Of a DNA stretch of 42,828 nucleotides, positions 26,933 through 36,845 are shown one piece after another. Position 1 is the stretch's first letter. Each line of letters opens with the position of its first letter. A program made the translations under genes and the position numbers. The notes under the pieces were generated by a model. The model had not been told where the DNA came from and made no database searches. It saw nothing but the letters and a program-made list of their open reading frames with translations. Source of the stretch: an uncultured Pseudomonadota bacterium (GTDB taxonomy: Bacteria; BMS3Abin14); NCBI GenBank assembly GCA_964454175.1, contig CAYVSA010000010.1, forward strand, positions 1 through 42,828. The letters are read 5' to 3'.

Positions 26933-27779
26933 TTCCCCACCCAAAATAGGTCTTACGGACGAGGAGTTCGACCTTCTTTCGGGCTTCATATACGATTTCT
27001 GCGGCCTTTACTTTGACGACGGCAACAAGTTCCTTCTGGAGAGCAGGCTCCAGAATCGTCTGAAGCTTCATCATTTCGATTCTTTTCTGAAGTACTATCA
27101 GTTTCTCCTCTATCATCCGGAGAAGCAGCAGGAGCTTAACGACCTGGTGGATGTGTTGACCACGAACGAAACCTATTTTTTCAGGGAGAGTAATCAGTTA
27201 AAAGCATTCTCAGAAGAGATCCTCCCCGAGATCGCCCGAAAAAACTCTGATAGAAGGCGTATTCGGATATGGAGTGCCGGATGCTCCACAGGGGAAGAGC
27301 CCTACACTCTGGCAATACTTCTTGCAGAAACCGGTCTCTTCAATACTGGGTGGAAGATCGACATAATTGGTACGGATATAAGTCACCGCGTACTGAAAAC
27401 AGCAAGGAGCTCAACCTACTCCAGGTCGTCATTCAGGGTGACAGAGGACAGGTATCAGAAGCAGTATTTCTCAGAAGAGAACGGTAAATTCCGGCTGGAT
27501 GAATCGATCAGGTCCATGGTTCAGTTCGGCCACATTAATCTTCTCGATAAAAGAATGCATGGCCTCGTGCCACCCTGTGATATTATCATGTGCCGGAACG
27601 TTATTATCTACTTCGACAAGGACGCCAAGGCAAAGGTAATGAATGCCTTCCACCGCAAACTCCAGCCAGGAGGGTATCTTCTCCTGGGTCACTCGGAATC
27701 CCTGATGAATATCACTACTGCATTCAAACTCAAACACCTGAAGCACGTTATGGTCTACCAGAAAGCAGAAGAGGGCTGA
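26922..27779 (+). CDS. cheR: Chemotaxis methyltransferase CheR
   Basis: LTTNETYFFRE, IWSAGCSTGEEPYTLA, GTDIS, CRNVIIYF, LLGHSES. Confidence 0.96.
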   Translation: MFPSSPPKIGLTDEEFDLLSGFIYDFCGLYFDDGNKFLLESRLQNRLKLHHFDSFLKYYQFLLYHPEKQQELNDLVDVLTTNETYFFRESNQLKAFSEEILPEIARKNSDRRRIRIWSAGCSTGEEPYTLAILLAETGLFNTGWKIDIIGTDISHRVLKTARSSTYSRSSFRVTEDRYQKQYFSEENGKFRLDESIRSMVQFGHINLLDKRMHGLVPPCDIIMCRNVIIYFDKDAKAKVMNAFHRKLQPGGYLLLGHSESLMNITTAFKLKHLKHVMVYQKAEEG

Positions 27780-27781
27780 TC

Positions 27782-28879
27782 ATGTCAAAGAGCTCAGGGA
27801 AAATAAAGGTGCTGATCATTGACGATTCAGCCTACAACAGAAAAATGATTGGTTCCATGGTAATGAAAATGGACGAGGTGGAGTCAGCCATGGTCGCCTC
27901 CGATGGCGAAGAAGCCATCAAGAATATCATGAGTGACCCGCCAGACGTAATAACGCTTGACCTGAACATGCCGCGTATGGACGGTTTCACATTCCTGCGA
28001 TGGCTCATGAAGCACAATCCACTACCAGTTGTAGTCGTAAGTGCAGAAGGTAGTGAAAAAAACGTCTTTAAAGCCCTCGACCTGGGAGCCCTAGATTTCG
28101 TGGTAAAGCCGGTAAGGTACGCGTCGGAGCTCATTGCCGGCATTGAGTCGGAGCTTCAACAAAAGATTCGGGCTGTGTCAAGCATGGATATCAGACGCTA
28201 TACAAAGAGGCTGGGCAAGGGGCCGTCGAAGGCTGGAAAGATCTCAGGACCTGCTTCTGCTATCAGGAAGGAAACAGAGGGTGTCGTTGTGATAGGTGCG
28301 TCAACCGGCGGCCCGTCTGCGGTTCAGAAGGTGCTGGCAGATCTCCGGAAAGATTTCCCCCTGTCAATTGTGGTTGTCCAGCACATGCCTCCGGTTTTCA
28401 CTGAGCAATTCGCAAAGAGGCTGGGGAAGCATACCCCCTTTGAGGCCAAGGAGGCAGAAGATGGGGACGTCCTCTACCCGGGCTGCGTCTACGTTGCTCC
28501 CGGCGGAAAACACCTGGAGATCAGCGAGACTGATCATGGAAGGCTTTCCTTGAAGGCAAAGGAGAGTTCGGACAGGTACGTGCCTTCCGTCGATGTCACC
28601 ATGACATCTGCCGCCGCCGGTTTTGGTAAAAGGGCGGTGGGGGTTCTCCTCACGGGAATGGGAAATGACGGTGCCGAGGGGATGCTCAGAATTTTAGGGT
28701 CCGGAGGCACGACCATCGCTGAATCGGAGAAGACCGCAGTGATATTCGGGATGCCCCGGGCAGCGATCAGGAACAAGGCGGCGAGCCTCGTACTGGAACT
28801 GGATAAGATACCGGATATGCTGTCACAGGTCGCATTTAATAACTCCGGGTTGAAAAATGCCCGCGGCGGTGATAATTAG
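27782..28879 (+). CDS. cheB: Chemotaxis methylesterase CheB (receiver + esterase)
   Basis: IIDDS, TLDLNMPRMDG, GASTGGP, VQHMP, LTGMGNDGAEG. Confidence 0.96.
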   Translation: MSKSSGKIKVLIIDDSAYNRKMIGSMVMKMDEVESAMVASDGEEAIKNIMSDPPDVITLDLNMPRMDGFTFLRWLMKHNPLPVVVVSAEGSEKNVFKALDLGALDFVVKPVRYASELIAGIESELQQKIRAVSSMDIRRYTKRLGKGPSKAGKISGPASAIRKETEGVVVIGASTGGPSAVQKVLADLRKDFPLSIVVVQHMPPVFTEQFAKRLGKHTPFEAKEAEDGDVLYPGCVYVAPGGKHLEISETDHGRLSLKAKESSDRYVPSVDVTMTSAAAGFGKRAVGVLLTGMGNDGAEGMLRILGSGGTTIAESEKTAVIFGMPRAAIRNKAASLVLELDKIPDMLSQVAFNNSGLKNARGGDN

Positions 28880-28978
28880 GGGTAGGCTTTTGCTCGGGCT
28901 GCCCTTTCAAACGCACAGGTCAGTATGCTTTCAGCGGAAGCTGCTGGTGCGTTAATCAGACTTTTTATGGAGTGAACT

Positions 28979-29821
28979 ATGGGAGATGATGTAAAGAAGC
29001 CTCTTTTTGACAAAGGGGAGGAATTCCTTGAGATCCTCAGCAAGGGACAGGAGCTAACGCGTGACCTCCTTAAGGAAAACGAGAAGTTGAGATTCAAGGT
29101 TGTCCAGCTGGAGGAGGGCCTGAAGGCAAAACTGCAGCATCCGGATAGCCAGGAGAACGGGGGGGAAGCTAAATATTTTGAGCTCTCCAGAAAGATCGAG
29201 GACTATGAGGACAGGTTGAGGGAGTTAGAGGGTCGCCTGGGTGAGGTGCAGGAGGAGAACAAGGATTATATCCAGCGATTCCTCGATGTTGAGGAGCAGA
29301 ATAACAACCTTGCCAATCTCTATGTTGCCAGCTATCAGCTGCATTCCACGCTGATTTATGACGAGGTTCTTCAGATTATCCTCGAGATAATAATTAACCT
29401 GGTTGGAGCCGAGATATTCGCTGTATTTCTTCTTGATGAAAAGACGAATTCCCTCAGGCCTGTAGCCTCCGAAGGGTTAGATCTGGACAAGATACCCGCA
29501 GTCGGTATGGGCGAGGGAATAGTTGGAAACTGCGCTGCCAGGGGCGAGAGCCACGTGCACGATAACCCGGGGAAGGAGCGCGAAAATTTCCTTGAGGATC
29601 CGCTTGTCGTGTTCCCGTTGATGATCAAGGATTACGTGATCGGAGTGGTGGCGATACACAGGCTGCTTCAGCAAAAAGATTCCTTCTCTCCTGTGGATTT
29701 TGAGCTTTTCACTCTCCTGGCGGGACATGCCGCCACGGCTGTTTTCAGTTCAAGGCTTTATTCCGAATCCCGGAGGAAACTGGACACTTTCCAGGGGTTT
29801 ATTAATTTGTTGACCAAATAG
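28979..29821 (+). CDS. Coiled-coil plus GAF domain protein
   Basis: N-terminal heptad-rich segment; LANLYVASYQLHSTL, GEGIVG, FPLMIKDYVIGVVAI, DFELFTLLAGHAATA. Confidence 0.85.
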   Translation: MGDDVKKPLFDKGEEFLEILSKGQELTRDLLKENEKLRFKVVQLEEGLKAKLQHPDSQENGGEAKYFELSRKIEDYEDRLRELEGRLGEVQEENKDYIQRFLDVEEQNNNLANLYVASYQLHSTLIYDEVLQIILEIIINLVGAEIFAVFLLDEKTNSLRPVASEGLDLDKIPAVGMGEGIVGNCAARGESHVHDNPGKERENFLEDPLVVFPLMIKDYVIGVVAIHRLLQQKDSFSPVDFELFTLLAGHAATAVFSSRLYSESRRKLDTFQGFINLLTK

Positions 29822-29831
29822 GAGTGGTGCG

Positions 29832-30206
29832 ATGGGAAAACTGAAATTCCTCGTTATAGAAGATTCCCCAACAATGAGGCAGCTTATCAGTTTCGCACTC
29901 AAGAGGGTTCCCCGTGCCGAAATAATTGAGGCTACGGACGGCGTAGATGGCCTGAAAAAGCTTTCGTCAAACAGTATCGATATGATCCTGACCGATATAA
30001 ACATGCCCATCATGGACGGGCTTAAACTGGTGACGCTGGTTCGTTCAAACCAGGATTACAAGCACATCCCAATTATTATCATCACCACTGAGGGTGCCCA
30101 GGAAGATCGGGAAAAAGCTATGGCACTGGGCGCTGACGCCTATATCACCAAACCGGTTCAGTCGGCTAATCTGCTTTCAAAAGTGAAAGATCTGCTCAAC
30201 CTTTAG
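29832..30206 (+). CDS. cheY: Second CheY-like response regulator
   Basis: VIEDS, LTDINMPIMDG, IITT, YITKP. Confidence 0.9.
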   Translation: MGKLKFLVIEDSPTMRQLISFALKRVPRAEIIEATDGVDGLKKLSSNSIDMILTDINMPIMDGLKLVTLVRSNQDYKHIPIIIITTEGAQEDREKAMALGADAYITKPVQSANLLSKVKDLLNL

Positions 30207-30208
30207 TG

Positions 30209-30241
30209 CGGATTCAGGGCGGTTTTACTCACCCTGGATCC
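30209..30241 (+). other. Intergenic stem-loop between che cluster and leuS
   Basis: GGATTCAGGG pairs with CCCTGGATCC (one G-U); no U-tract follows, so not a clear intrinsic terminator. Confidence 0.5.
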
Positions 30242-30266
30242 TCGCTGAGAGGGTAAAGGTATACTT

Positions 30267-32753
30267 ATGGCGAAATCACGTTATGTCCCAGGCGAAGTGG
30301 AGAAAAAGTGGCAGTCCAAATGGGAGGAGACTGGATTTAACAAGGCCACAGCAGACCCCGGGAAGAAGAAATTCTATTGCCTGGAGATGTTCCCTTACCC
30401 GTCAGGCGACCTGCACATGGGCCACATGAGAAATTACGCTATCGGGGATGCCTATTCGAGGTTCCTGAGGATGCGAGGATTCAACGTGCTCTACCCGATG
30501 GGTTACGATGCCTTTGGCCTGCCTGCCGAGAATGCCGCTATCACGAGGAATATCAACCCCGCTGAGTGGACCCGTTCCTCCATCGAGAGAATGAAGGAGG
30601 TCCAGAAGAGAATGGGCCTGTCCTACGACTGGGACAGGACACTTGCCACCTGCGAACCGGAGTACTACAGGTGGAACCAGTGGGTATTCCTCAAGCTGTT
30701 TGAACGGGGTTTGGCCTACAGGAAAGCAGCCCCGATAAACTGGTGTCCCTCCTGCCAGACGGTTCTAGCTAATGAGCAGGTAGAAGCTGGCGGATGTTGG
30801 AGGTGCCACTCCGAGGTTACCAAGAAGGACCTCGAGCAGTGGTTCCTGCGCATCACCGCTTATGCTGATGAACTCCTTGAAGATCTCGGCGGTCTCGAGG
30901 CCTGGCCGGACAGGGTCAAGCTCCTTCAGCGAAACTGGATAGGCAGGAGCGAAGGTGCCCAGATCCGCTTCCCTGTTGCTGACAGCGAGTTCGTGATCCC
31001 GGCGTTCACGACCAGACCGGACACTATTTTCGGTGTCACCTACATGGTGCTGGCAGCAGAACATCCCCTTCTCCCTGAACTTGTCAGAGGACTGGATACC
31101 GAGGAAAAAGTCCTGGCCTTCGCCGAGACAGTCAAACAGGAGTCGGCGCTAGACAGGGCATCTGAGGGGCGTGAAAAGGAAGGCGTGTTCACCGGCCGGT
31201 ACTTTTTAAACCCGGTGACAGGTGAGCAGTGCCCCATTTACGTTGCCGACTACGTACTCATGGAATACGGAACCGGTGCTGTAATGGGTGTGCCGGCTCA
31301 CGACCAGCGCGACTTCGAGTTTGCGACCAGGTATCAGCTCTCCATCCGGGAAGTGATCTCCCCGGATGGCGGCAGAGCCCGGGGCGCTCCCCTTGAATGT
31401 GCCTATACCGGGGATGGGGTCATGGTCAATTCGGGACCTTTTGAAGGCGCCGACAACCGGGAGGCCATGGGAGATATTATCAGATTCCTGGAGGACAACG
31501 AGTGGGGTCAGGGTGCTGTCAGTTTCAGGCTGAGGGACTGGCTCATCTCACGTCAGAGGTACTGGGGTACTCCGATCCCTGTACTATACTGTCCAGATTG
31601 CGGAATTGTCCCGGTGCCCGAAAAGGACCTGCCAGTGGTGCTTCCAGAGGACGTGAAGTTCACCGGTGAAGGTAATCCGCTTGAATCTTCCACTGAGTTC
31701 GCTGCGGCTGTCTGCCCGGCCTGCGGCGGCAAGGCTCGAAGGGAGATGGACACAATGGATACCTTCATCGATTCATCGTGGTACTTTTTCCGTTATACAG
31801 ACCCTTCCTACGGTGACGGCCCATTCAGCCCTGAAGAGGCAGCTTACTGGATGCCCGTGGATCAGTATATAGGGGGGATAGAACACGCAATACTGCACCT
31901 TTTATACGCAAGGTTCTTCACAAAAGCCCTTAGAGACCTTGGTCTGACTGGTGTAAATGAACCTTTCAGGAGACTGTTGACCCAGGGCATGGTGATAAAA
32001 GACGGCGCGAAAATGTCCAAATCCATGGGTAATGTGGTCCCGGCCGATGACATGTTGAATAACTACGGCGCTGACACAGCCAGGATGTTCATACTCTTTG
32101 CTTCCCCTCCCGAAAAAGAGCTGGAGTGGAGCGAACAGGGTGTGGAAGGGTCCTTCAGGTTCCTTTCGAGAGTCCATCGTCTGGTTATGAATCACCTGGA
32201 GATTTTCGACGATCCGAAAGATGGTCAAGGCGAGGGTTCTGGCAAAAGGTCCGGGGATCTCACCTACGCAATGCATAAAGCCGTTAAAAAAGTAACGGCC
32301 GATGTAGAAGAACGATTCCAGTTCAACACTGCGATTTCGGCCATTATGGAACTTGTCAACGAAGCGCAAAAGTTCCTCGGTGACAGTGGCTCCATGGTTG
32401 GCCCTGACCGGCAAGCAGCCAGAGAAGCACTATTGACAACTCTGAAACTGATCGCTCCTTTTGCGCCTCACCTTGCAGAAGAGCTCTGGGAGGCGGCTGG
32501 CATGCCCTATAGCGTCTTTAACCACGAATGGCCTTCCTTTGACCCTGAACTTGCCAAAGCTTCTACAGTGGAGATAGCGGTTCAGGTCAACGGTAAGGTG
32601 AGGGCCCGCTTTGAAGCTCCTGCCGATTCCGACAAGAGCTTTCTGGAAAGCGAGGCCTTGTCACAGCCCCGCATAAAGGAGATGCTGGAAAACAGCCAAC
32701 TGATTAAATTAGTCGTAATCCCTGGAAGGCTCGTTTCGCTTGTCCTGAAATGA
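30267..32753 (+). CDS. leuS: Leucine--tRNA ligase
   Basis: [47 protein letters not shown]. Confidence 0.98.
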   Translation: MAKSRYVPGEVEKKWQSKWEETGFNKATADPGKKKFYCLEMFPYPSGDLHMGHMRNYAIGDAYSRFLRMRGFNVLYPMGYDAFGLPAENAAITRNINPAEWTRSSIERMKEVQKRMGLSYDWDRTLATCEPEYYRWNQWVFLKLFERGLAYRKAAPINWCPSCQTVLANEQVEAGGCWRCHSEVTKKDLEQWFLRITAYADELLEDLGGLEAWPDRVKLLQRNWIGRSEGAQIRFPVADSEFVIPAFTTRPDTIFGVTYMVLAAEHPLLPELVRGLDTEEKVLAFAETVKQESALDRASEGREKEGVFTGRYFLNPVTGEQCPIYVADYVLMEYGTGAVMGVPAHDQRDFEFATRYQLSIREVISPDGGRARGAPLECAYTGDGVMVNSGPFEGADNREAMGDIIRFLEDNEWGQGAVSFRLRDWLISRQRYWGTPIPVLYCPDCGIVPVPEKDLPVVLPEDVKFTGEGNPLESSTEFAAAVCPACGGKARREMDTMDTFIDSSWYFFRYTDPSYGDGPFSPEEAAYWMPVDQYIGGIEHAILHLLYARFFTKALRDLGLTGVNEPFRRLLTQGMVIKDGAKMSKSMGNVVPADDMLNNYGADTARMFILFASPPEKELEWSEQGVEGSFRFLSRVHRLVMNHLEIFDDPKDGQGEGSGKRSGDLTYAMHKAVKKVTADVEERFQFNTAISAIMELVNEAQKFLGDSGSMVGPDRQAAREALLTTLKLIAPFAPHLAEELWEAAGMPYSVFNHEWPSFDPELAKASTVEIAVQVNGKVRARFEAPADSDKSFLESEALSQPRIKEMLENSQLIKLVVIPGRLVSLVLK

Positions 32754-33229
32754 ATGTGAAACGTCGAGCATATATTTTGTTGTGTGCAGGACTTCTCCTG
32801 GCAGCAGGCTGCGGCTACCGGTTCGTGAGCGCCAACTATGGGAGTGGTTTTTCTCTCCTGCGCGTAAAGAACACAACGGCCCAGCCGGGTCTGGGGCCTG
32901 TGATGGAAGATGCTCTTGGGCAGGAGGCAGGCCTCTACAGGGGAGTTGAGGGTCTGAAACTGGGCGTTGCAGTTGATGTTTTCCGGGAGAAAGCATCCGT
33001 TGTCTCTGCCAGCGGGGAGCCCCAGAGGCAGGAACTGGAAATGGGCATCAAGTGGTGGCTACTTGATGACACGGGACGGATAAGCAAAAAGGGAACTGAA
33101 ACAGGTACGCGAACCTATCCATTTTCAGCCGACAGTGTCTCACTGGACTGGCAGAGGAATGCAGCTATAGAGCTGCTGGCAAAGGATATTGCAAGAAATC
33201 TGTCTGAACATCTCAGGGGGATGGATTGA
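32750..33229 (+). CDS. lptE: LptE-like lipoprotein
   Basis: Lipobox LAAGC-GYRF; conserved leuS-lptE-holA order. Confidence 0.75.
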   Translation: MNVKRRAYILLCAGLLLAAGCGYRFVSANYGSGFSLLRVKNTTAQPGLGPVMEDALGQEAGLYRGVEGLKLGVAVDVFREKASVVSASGEPQRQELEMGIKWWLLDDTGRISKKGTETGTRTYPFSADSVSLDWQRNAAIELLAKDIARNLSEHLRGMD

Positions 33230-34197
33230 AAAACACCGCTTCTGGTCTGGACGGAAAGGCACCCGCCTACCTCCTGCTGTCACCTGAACCACTCTTCCTG
33301 AGAGAGGGGGAAAGAGAGCTTCTCGATTCGGTGATGTCGTCGGAAGGCCGTGAGATGAATTACCTGGCTCTTTATGGCTGGGAAGCTGGTGTGGCAGCAG
33401 TTGTAGAATTCCTCCAGACTATGCCATTCCTGTCAGACCGCAAATTCCTGGTTGTTAGGGAGTTTCAAACCTTTAGTGAATGGAAAGAGCTCCTCGAATA
33501 TCTGAAAGACCCCAATCCATTATCATGTCTGCTCCTGACCAGCTCGGAAATAAAAAGGAATGATCCTGCATGCAGGGTCCTTTCGCCTCATGTTTCGGTC
33601 ATTGAGCGTCGGAGGCCCTACGGAGCTGGTCTGGTTAGATGGGTTATTAACCGTTTCGCCTCACTTGGTATGGAGGCTGATGAGAATACAGCAGGGACCC
33701 TGATCGAGGTGGCGGGAAGCGGCCTCCTGGAGCTGTCGAGCGAAATAGAAAAAATCTCGCTTTACGCTGGCGACAGGAAGGTAGTACAGCAATCGGACCT
33801 TGAAGCGACGGTTCCCGGGGGAGTCGAGAACATATTCTCCCTGCTGGATTCTATCGGAGAACGGAACAGATCAAAGTCCCTTTACCTGATCAGGGCCCTC
33901 GCAGACAGCGGGACCAGGCCTGAGTTCATCCTTCATATGATAGCCAGACATTATCGCCAGCTGCTCAGGGGCAAGGTCATGGTGTCCGGAGGTATGACCT
34001 CTCAGGAGGCGGCAAAGAAGCTCGGCATAAGGTTCGCAGGCCTCCAGAAAAAGTTTGGAAAGCAACTGGGTATTGTTCAGAGAAACGATCTGGAACGCGG
34101 GATCAGGAAGCTGTCCGACTGCGACCTCAAGCTTAAGACTGCCAGCATCCCGGAGGATATACTGCTGGATGATCTACTGGTAGAATTACTGGTTTGA
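33226..34197 (+). CDS. holA: DNA polymerase III delta subunit
   Basis: AYLL..PE, TMPFLSDRK, LSSEIEKISLY, NIFSLLD, DLKLKT; gene order. Confidence 0.88.
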   Translation: MKNTASGLDGKAPAYLLLSPEPLFLREGERELLDSVMSSEGREMNYLALYGWEAGVAAVVEFLQTMPFLSDRKFLVVREFQTFSEWKELLEYLKDPNPLSCLLLTSSEIKRNDPACRVLSPHVSVIERRRPYGAGLVRWVINRFASLGMEADENTAGTLIEVAGSGLLELSSEIEKISLYAGDRKVVQQSDLEATVPGGVENIFSLLDSIGERNRSKSLYLIRALADSGTRPEFILHMIARHYRQLLRGKVMVSGGMTSQEAAKKLGIRFAGLQKKFGKQLGIVQRNDLERGIRKLSDCDLKLKTASIPEDILLDDLLVELLV

Positions 34198-34458
34198 TTG
34201 CAGGCTGTTGAACCTGCGCGTGAGCCTGGAGATCTTTCTGGAAGCTGTCCGCGTGTGAATAGTGCCCTTTGCGGCGGCCTTCTGGATGGCCGGTACGGCC
34301 TCTTCGAGGGCTTTTTTTGCAGTTTCGGTATCGTTGGCGTCCACGGCTGTAATGACGTCCTTGGTGAGATTCTTGATGCGGGTGCGCTGCACCTGATTGT
34401 TGGCCCTGCGCTTGAGGCTCTGGGTATGTCGCTTGATGGCTGATTTGTGATTCGCCAA
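34186..34458 (-). CDS. rpsT: 30S ribosomal protein S20
   Basis: MANHKSAIKR, KGTIH..TASRKISRL; TTG start after AGGAGG. Confidence 0.97.
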   Translation of the reverse strand: MANHKSAIKRHTQSLKRRANNQVQRTRIKNLTKDVITAVDANDTETAKKALEEAVPAIQKAAAKGTIHTRTASRKISRLTRRFNSLQSNQ

Positions 34459-34507
34459 TTTTTTCCTCCTGGTTCAGAATCATTTACCGTAATAATGAAA
34501 GCAATGC

Positions 34508-34536
34508 AATAAAACAGAATATACAGGAGTTGTCAA
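34508..34536 (-). promoter_or_regulatory. Candidate sigma70 promoter for rpsT
   Basis: Minus-strand TTGACA (34536-34531), 17-bp spacer, weak -10 TTTATT in AT-rich divergent spacer. Confidence 0.4.
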
Positions 34537-34563
34537 ACATTTTCTAGGGGATACAGGGAGTTT

Positions 34564-36144
34564 ATGGGAGATCAGGGCCAGAGAAAACCGGAAAGGAGCA
34601 ATATTGCGAAGGCCGCTGGAGTAGTAGGATCCGCAACCCTCCTGTCACGGATACTTGGCCTGATCAGGGATGCTGTTCTGGCCTTCCTTTTCGGTGCTAC
34701 ACCCGCAGCAGATGCGTTTTTCGTTGCTTTCAGGATACCAAACCTTATGCGGCAGCTGCTGGGAGAAGGAGCGTTGTCAGCCGTCTTCGTTCCCGTTTAT
34801 ACGAACACAAGAGATCGGCAGGGCGCGGATGAGGCACGAAGGCTTGCCAATGCCGTATTCACCCTCCTTGCATCGGTCCTTTTGCTGCTCACGGTTCTGG
34901 GAGTAGTGTTTGCACCCCATGTGGTCAGGCTTATTGCCTACGGGTTTGAACCGGGGTCAAGCACATTCGCACTTACTGTAAAGCTTACCCGCTGGATGTT
35001 CCCATACATGTTCCTGGTGTGCCTGGCCGCCCTGGGCATGGGTATCCTCAACGCTCACAAACATTTCCTCACTCCGGCCCTGGCACCGGCACTTCTGAAC
35101 GTCAGCATAATATTCTTTGCCCTTTCATTATCAGGGAATTTGAAGGACCCGATTGTGGGAGTAGCCTGGGGAGTGCTGGTTGGAGGTATGCTTCAGGTCA
35201 TTGTCCAGTACCCGGCCCTGCTTTCCAGAAAAGCAGTTCCTGCTATCAGCACCAGGGTGTTTTCCCCCGCCGTTAAAAAGGTGAGCATCATGATGGGTCC
35301 GGCAGTCCTGGGCGTAGCTGTTTACCAGGTGAACATCCTCATTGACAACCTGATTGCATCCTTTTTGCCGGGTGGAAGCATTACCTACCTGTGGTACGGG
35401 AATCGTATGATGCAGTTCCCGCTGGGGGTGTTCGGGATCGCCCTTGCAACCGCTGCACTGCCGACACTTTCAGAACAGTTTTCCGAAGGCAGGAGCGGGG
35501 ATTTTTCAGGAACGGTATCTTTTGCCATAACTCTGACAGCATTTATTGGTATTCCCGCTTCTGCAGGGCTTATAGCATTAAGAGAACCAATTATGGCAAC
35601 GCTTTTCGGCAGAGGTGCCTTCGGCCCGGCCGATGTAGCTGGAGCTGCATCAGCGCTGAAATATTACTCCCTCGGGCTGTTTTTTTTCATATCCATAAAG
35701 ATCCTTGGCCGGGCCTTTTACGCCATGGAAAATACAGTTATTCCTTTTACCGGAGCTGTGTGTGCCCTTATTGTAAACGTTATTCTCAATCTTCTGCTCA
35801 TGGGCCCAATGAAGCATGCAGGGCTCGCCCTTGCAACTTCCCTCGCTTCTGTTGTCAACTTCCTGGTCCTGGCGTTCCTTTTTACCGCGAGAACTGATGG
35901 GTCGTGGGCTGGTTCAGGTCTTGTGAAGGAGGTGGCCAGGATCCTGGCTGCGTCTGCTTTAATGTACGCTGCGAGCAGTGCGGCTGCAGCACGGATCGAC
36001 TGGTTAGCTGTCAGCACACCGGTCAGGTTTGGTTGGCTGTCAGGTTGTGTGGCCCTGGGTATTGCTGTATACTTTGCCGCTGCCATTGTTCTCCGTGCAG
36101 AAGGCATTGATGTAATTAGGAAAAGGTTTTCTGGCGCAGATTGA
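34564..36144 (+). CDS. murJ: Lipid II flippase MurJ (MviN)
   Basis: SRILGLIRD, DAFFVAFRIPN, GEGALSAVFVP, RMMQFPLGVFG, GLALATS; divergent from rpsT. Confidence 0.96.
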   Translation: MGDQGQRKPERSNIAKAAGVVGSATLLSRILGLIRDAVLAFLFGATPAADAFFVAFRIPNLMRQLLGEGALSAVFVPVYTNTRDRQGADEARRLANAVFTLLASVLLLLTVLGVVFAPHVVRLIAYGFEPGSSTFALTVKLTRWMFPYMFLVCLAALGMGILNAHKHFLTPALAPALLNVSIIFFALSLSGNLKDPIVGVAWGVLVGGMLQVIVQYPALLSRKAVPAISTRVFSPAVKKVSIMMGPAVLGVAVYQVNILIDNLIASFLPGGSITYLWYGNRMMQFPLGVFGIALATAALPTLSEQFSEGRSGDFSGTVSFAITLTAFIGIPASAGLIALREPIMATLFGRGAFGPADVAGAASALKYYSLGLFFFISIKILGRAFYAMENTVIPFTGAVCALIVNVILNLLLMGPMKHAGLALATSLASVVNFLVLAFLFTARTDGSWAGSGLVKEVARILAASALMYAASSAAAARIDWLAVSTPVRFGWLSGCVALGIAVYFAAAIVLRAEGIDVIRKRFSGAD

Positions 36145-36149
36145 AATTG

Positions 36150-36327
36150 TCTCAGATCCCATGTCCCATGCCCCAGGTCATGTCCTGACTCGGGTCTGGA
36201 AAGTCGGTCATGCGCCGGCCTAACTCAGCTCATAGGTATAAATGATCTTGGATCTTGAGTCCCCAGAACGCAGGTATATTGGTCGAAGGAGACATCGGGA
36301 TTTGGTTAAATTACCTGAGTCCTGGGA
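36150..36327. repeat. Heptamer arrays in murJ-dtd spacer
   Basis: TCTCAGA TCCCATG TCCCATG CCCCAGG (36150-36177); GATCTTG GATCTTG (36244-36257); CCTGAGT CCTGGGA (36314-36327). Confidence 0.65.
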
Positions 36328-36352
36328 CCCGATCAAGTCCACCGTCAAAACA

Positions 36353-36790
36353 ATGAAAGCACTTATTCAGCGTGTCAAATGGGCAAAAGTAGAGGTCGAT
36401 GGGCGTGAAATTGCCTCTATCGGCCCCGGTTTGCTGGTTTTCCTGGGAGTATCTGCTGGTGACGGGGAAGACACAGCAGGTGAACTGGCTGGTAAGGTAA
36501 CGCGCTTCAGGATCTTTGAAGATGGTGACGGTAAAATGAACCTGTCGTTGAATGACACTAACGGACAGGTGCTGGTCGTTTCACAGTTTACGCTTGTTGC
36601 TGACACATCGAGGGGCAACCGGCCTGGTTTTGGACAGGCAGCCGCACCCGATGCGGCGAGGGGACTTTATGAACTATTCGTCGCTTCCCTGAAAAGTGCC
36701 GGGATCAGGACAAAAACGGGTTCTTTTGGTGCGGCAATGACCGTGACCCTGGCCAACGACGGCCCAGTCACCTTCATTCTCACCAAGTGA
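36353..36790 (+). CDS. dtd: D-aminoacyl-tRNA deacylase
   Basis: MKALIQRV, RIFED..GKMN, VSQFTL, NDGPVT. Confidence 0.96.
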   Translation: MKALIQRVKWAKVEVDGREIASIGPGLLVFLGVSAGDGEDTAGELAGKVTRFRIFEDGDGKMNLSLNDTNGQVLVVSQFTLVADTSRGNRPGFGQAAAPDAARGLYELFVASLKSAGIRTKTGSFGAAMTVTLANDGPVTFILTK

Positions 36791-36845
36791 TGAAATCCTG
36801 ACTCCGGGTAGGCGAGCGAGCTTCAGAACATGAAAGGAATGAAAA

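Noticed and set aside
28905-28960. c-di-GMP-I riboswitch (ACGCACAGG resembles the start of Vc2)
   Set aside because: The conserved GCAAA, GNRA tetraloop and receptor elements are absent
30207-30266. T-box leader or intrinsic terminator before leuS
   Set aside because: Spacer is only 60 nt, no T-box motif, and the hairpin lacks a U-tract
36242-36352. N-terminal extension of dtd
   Set aside because: The family start MKALIQRV begins at 36353; the upstream frame crosses repeat-containing spacer DNA
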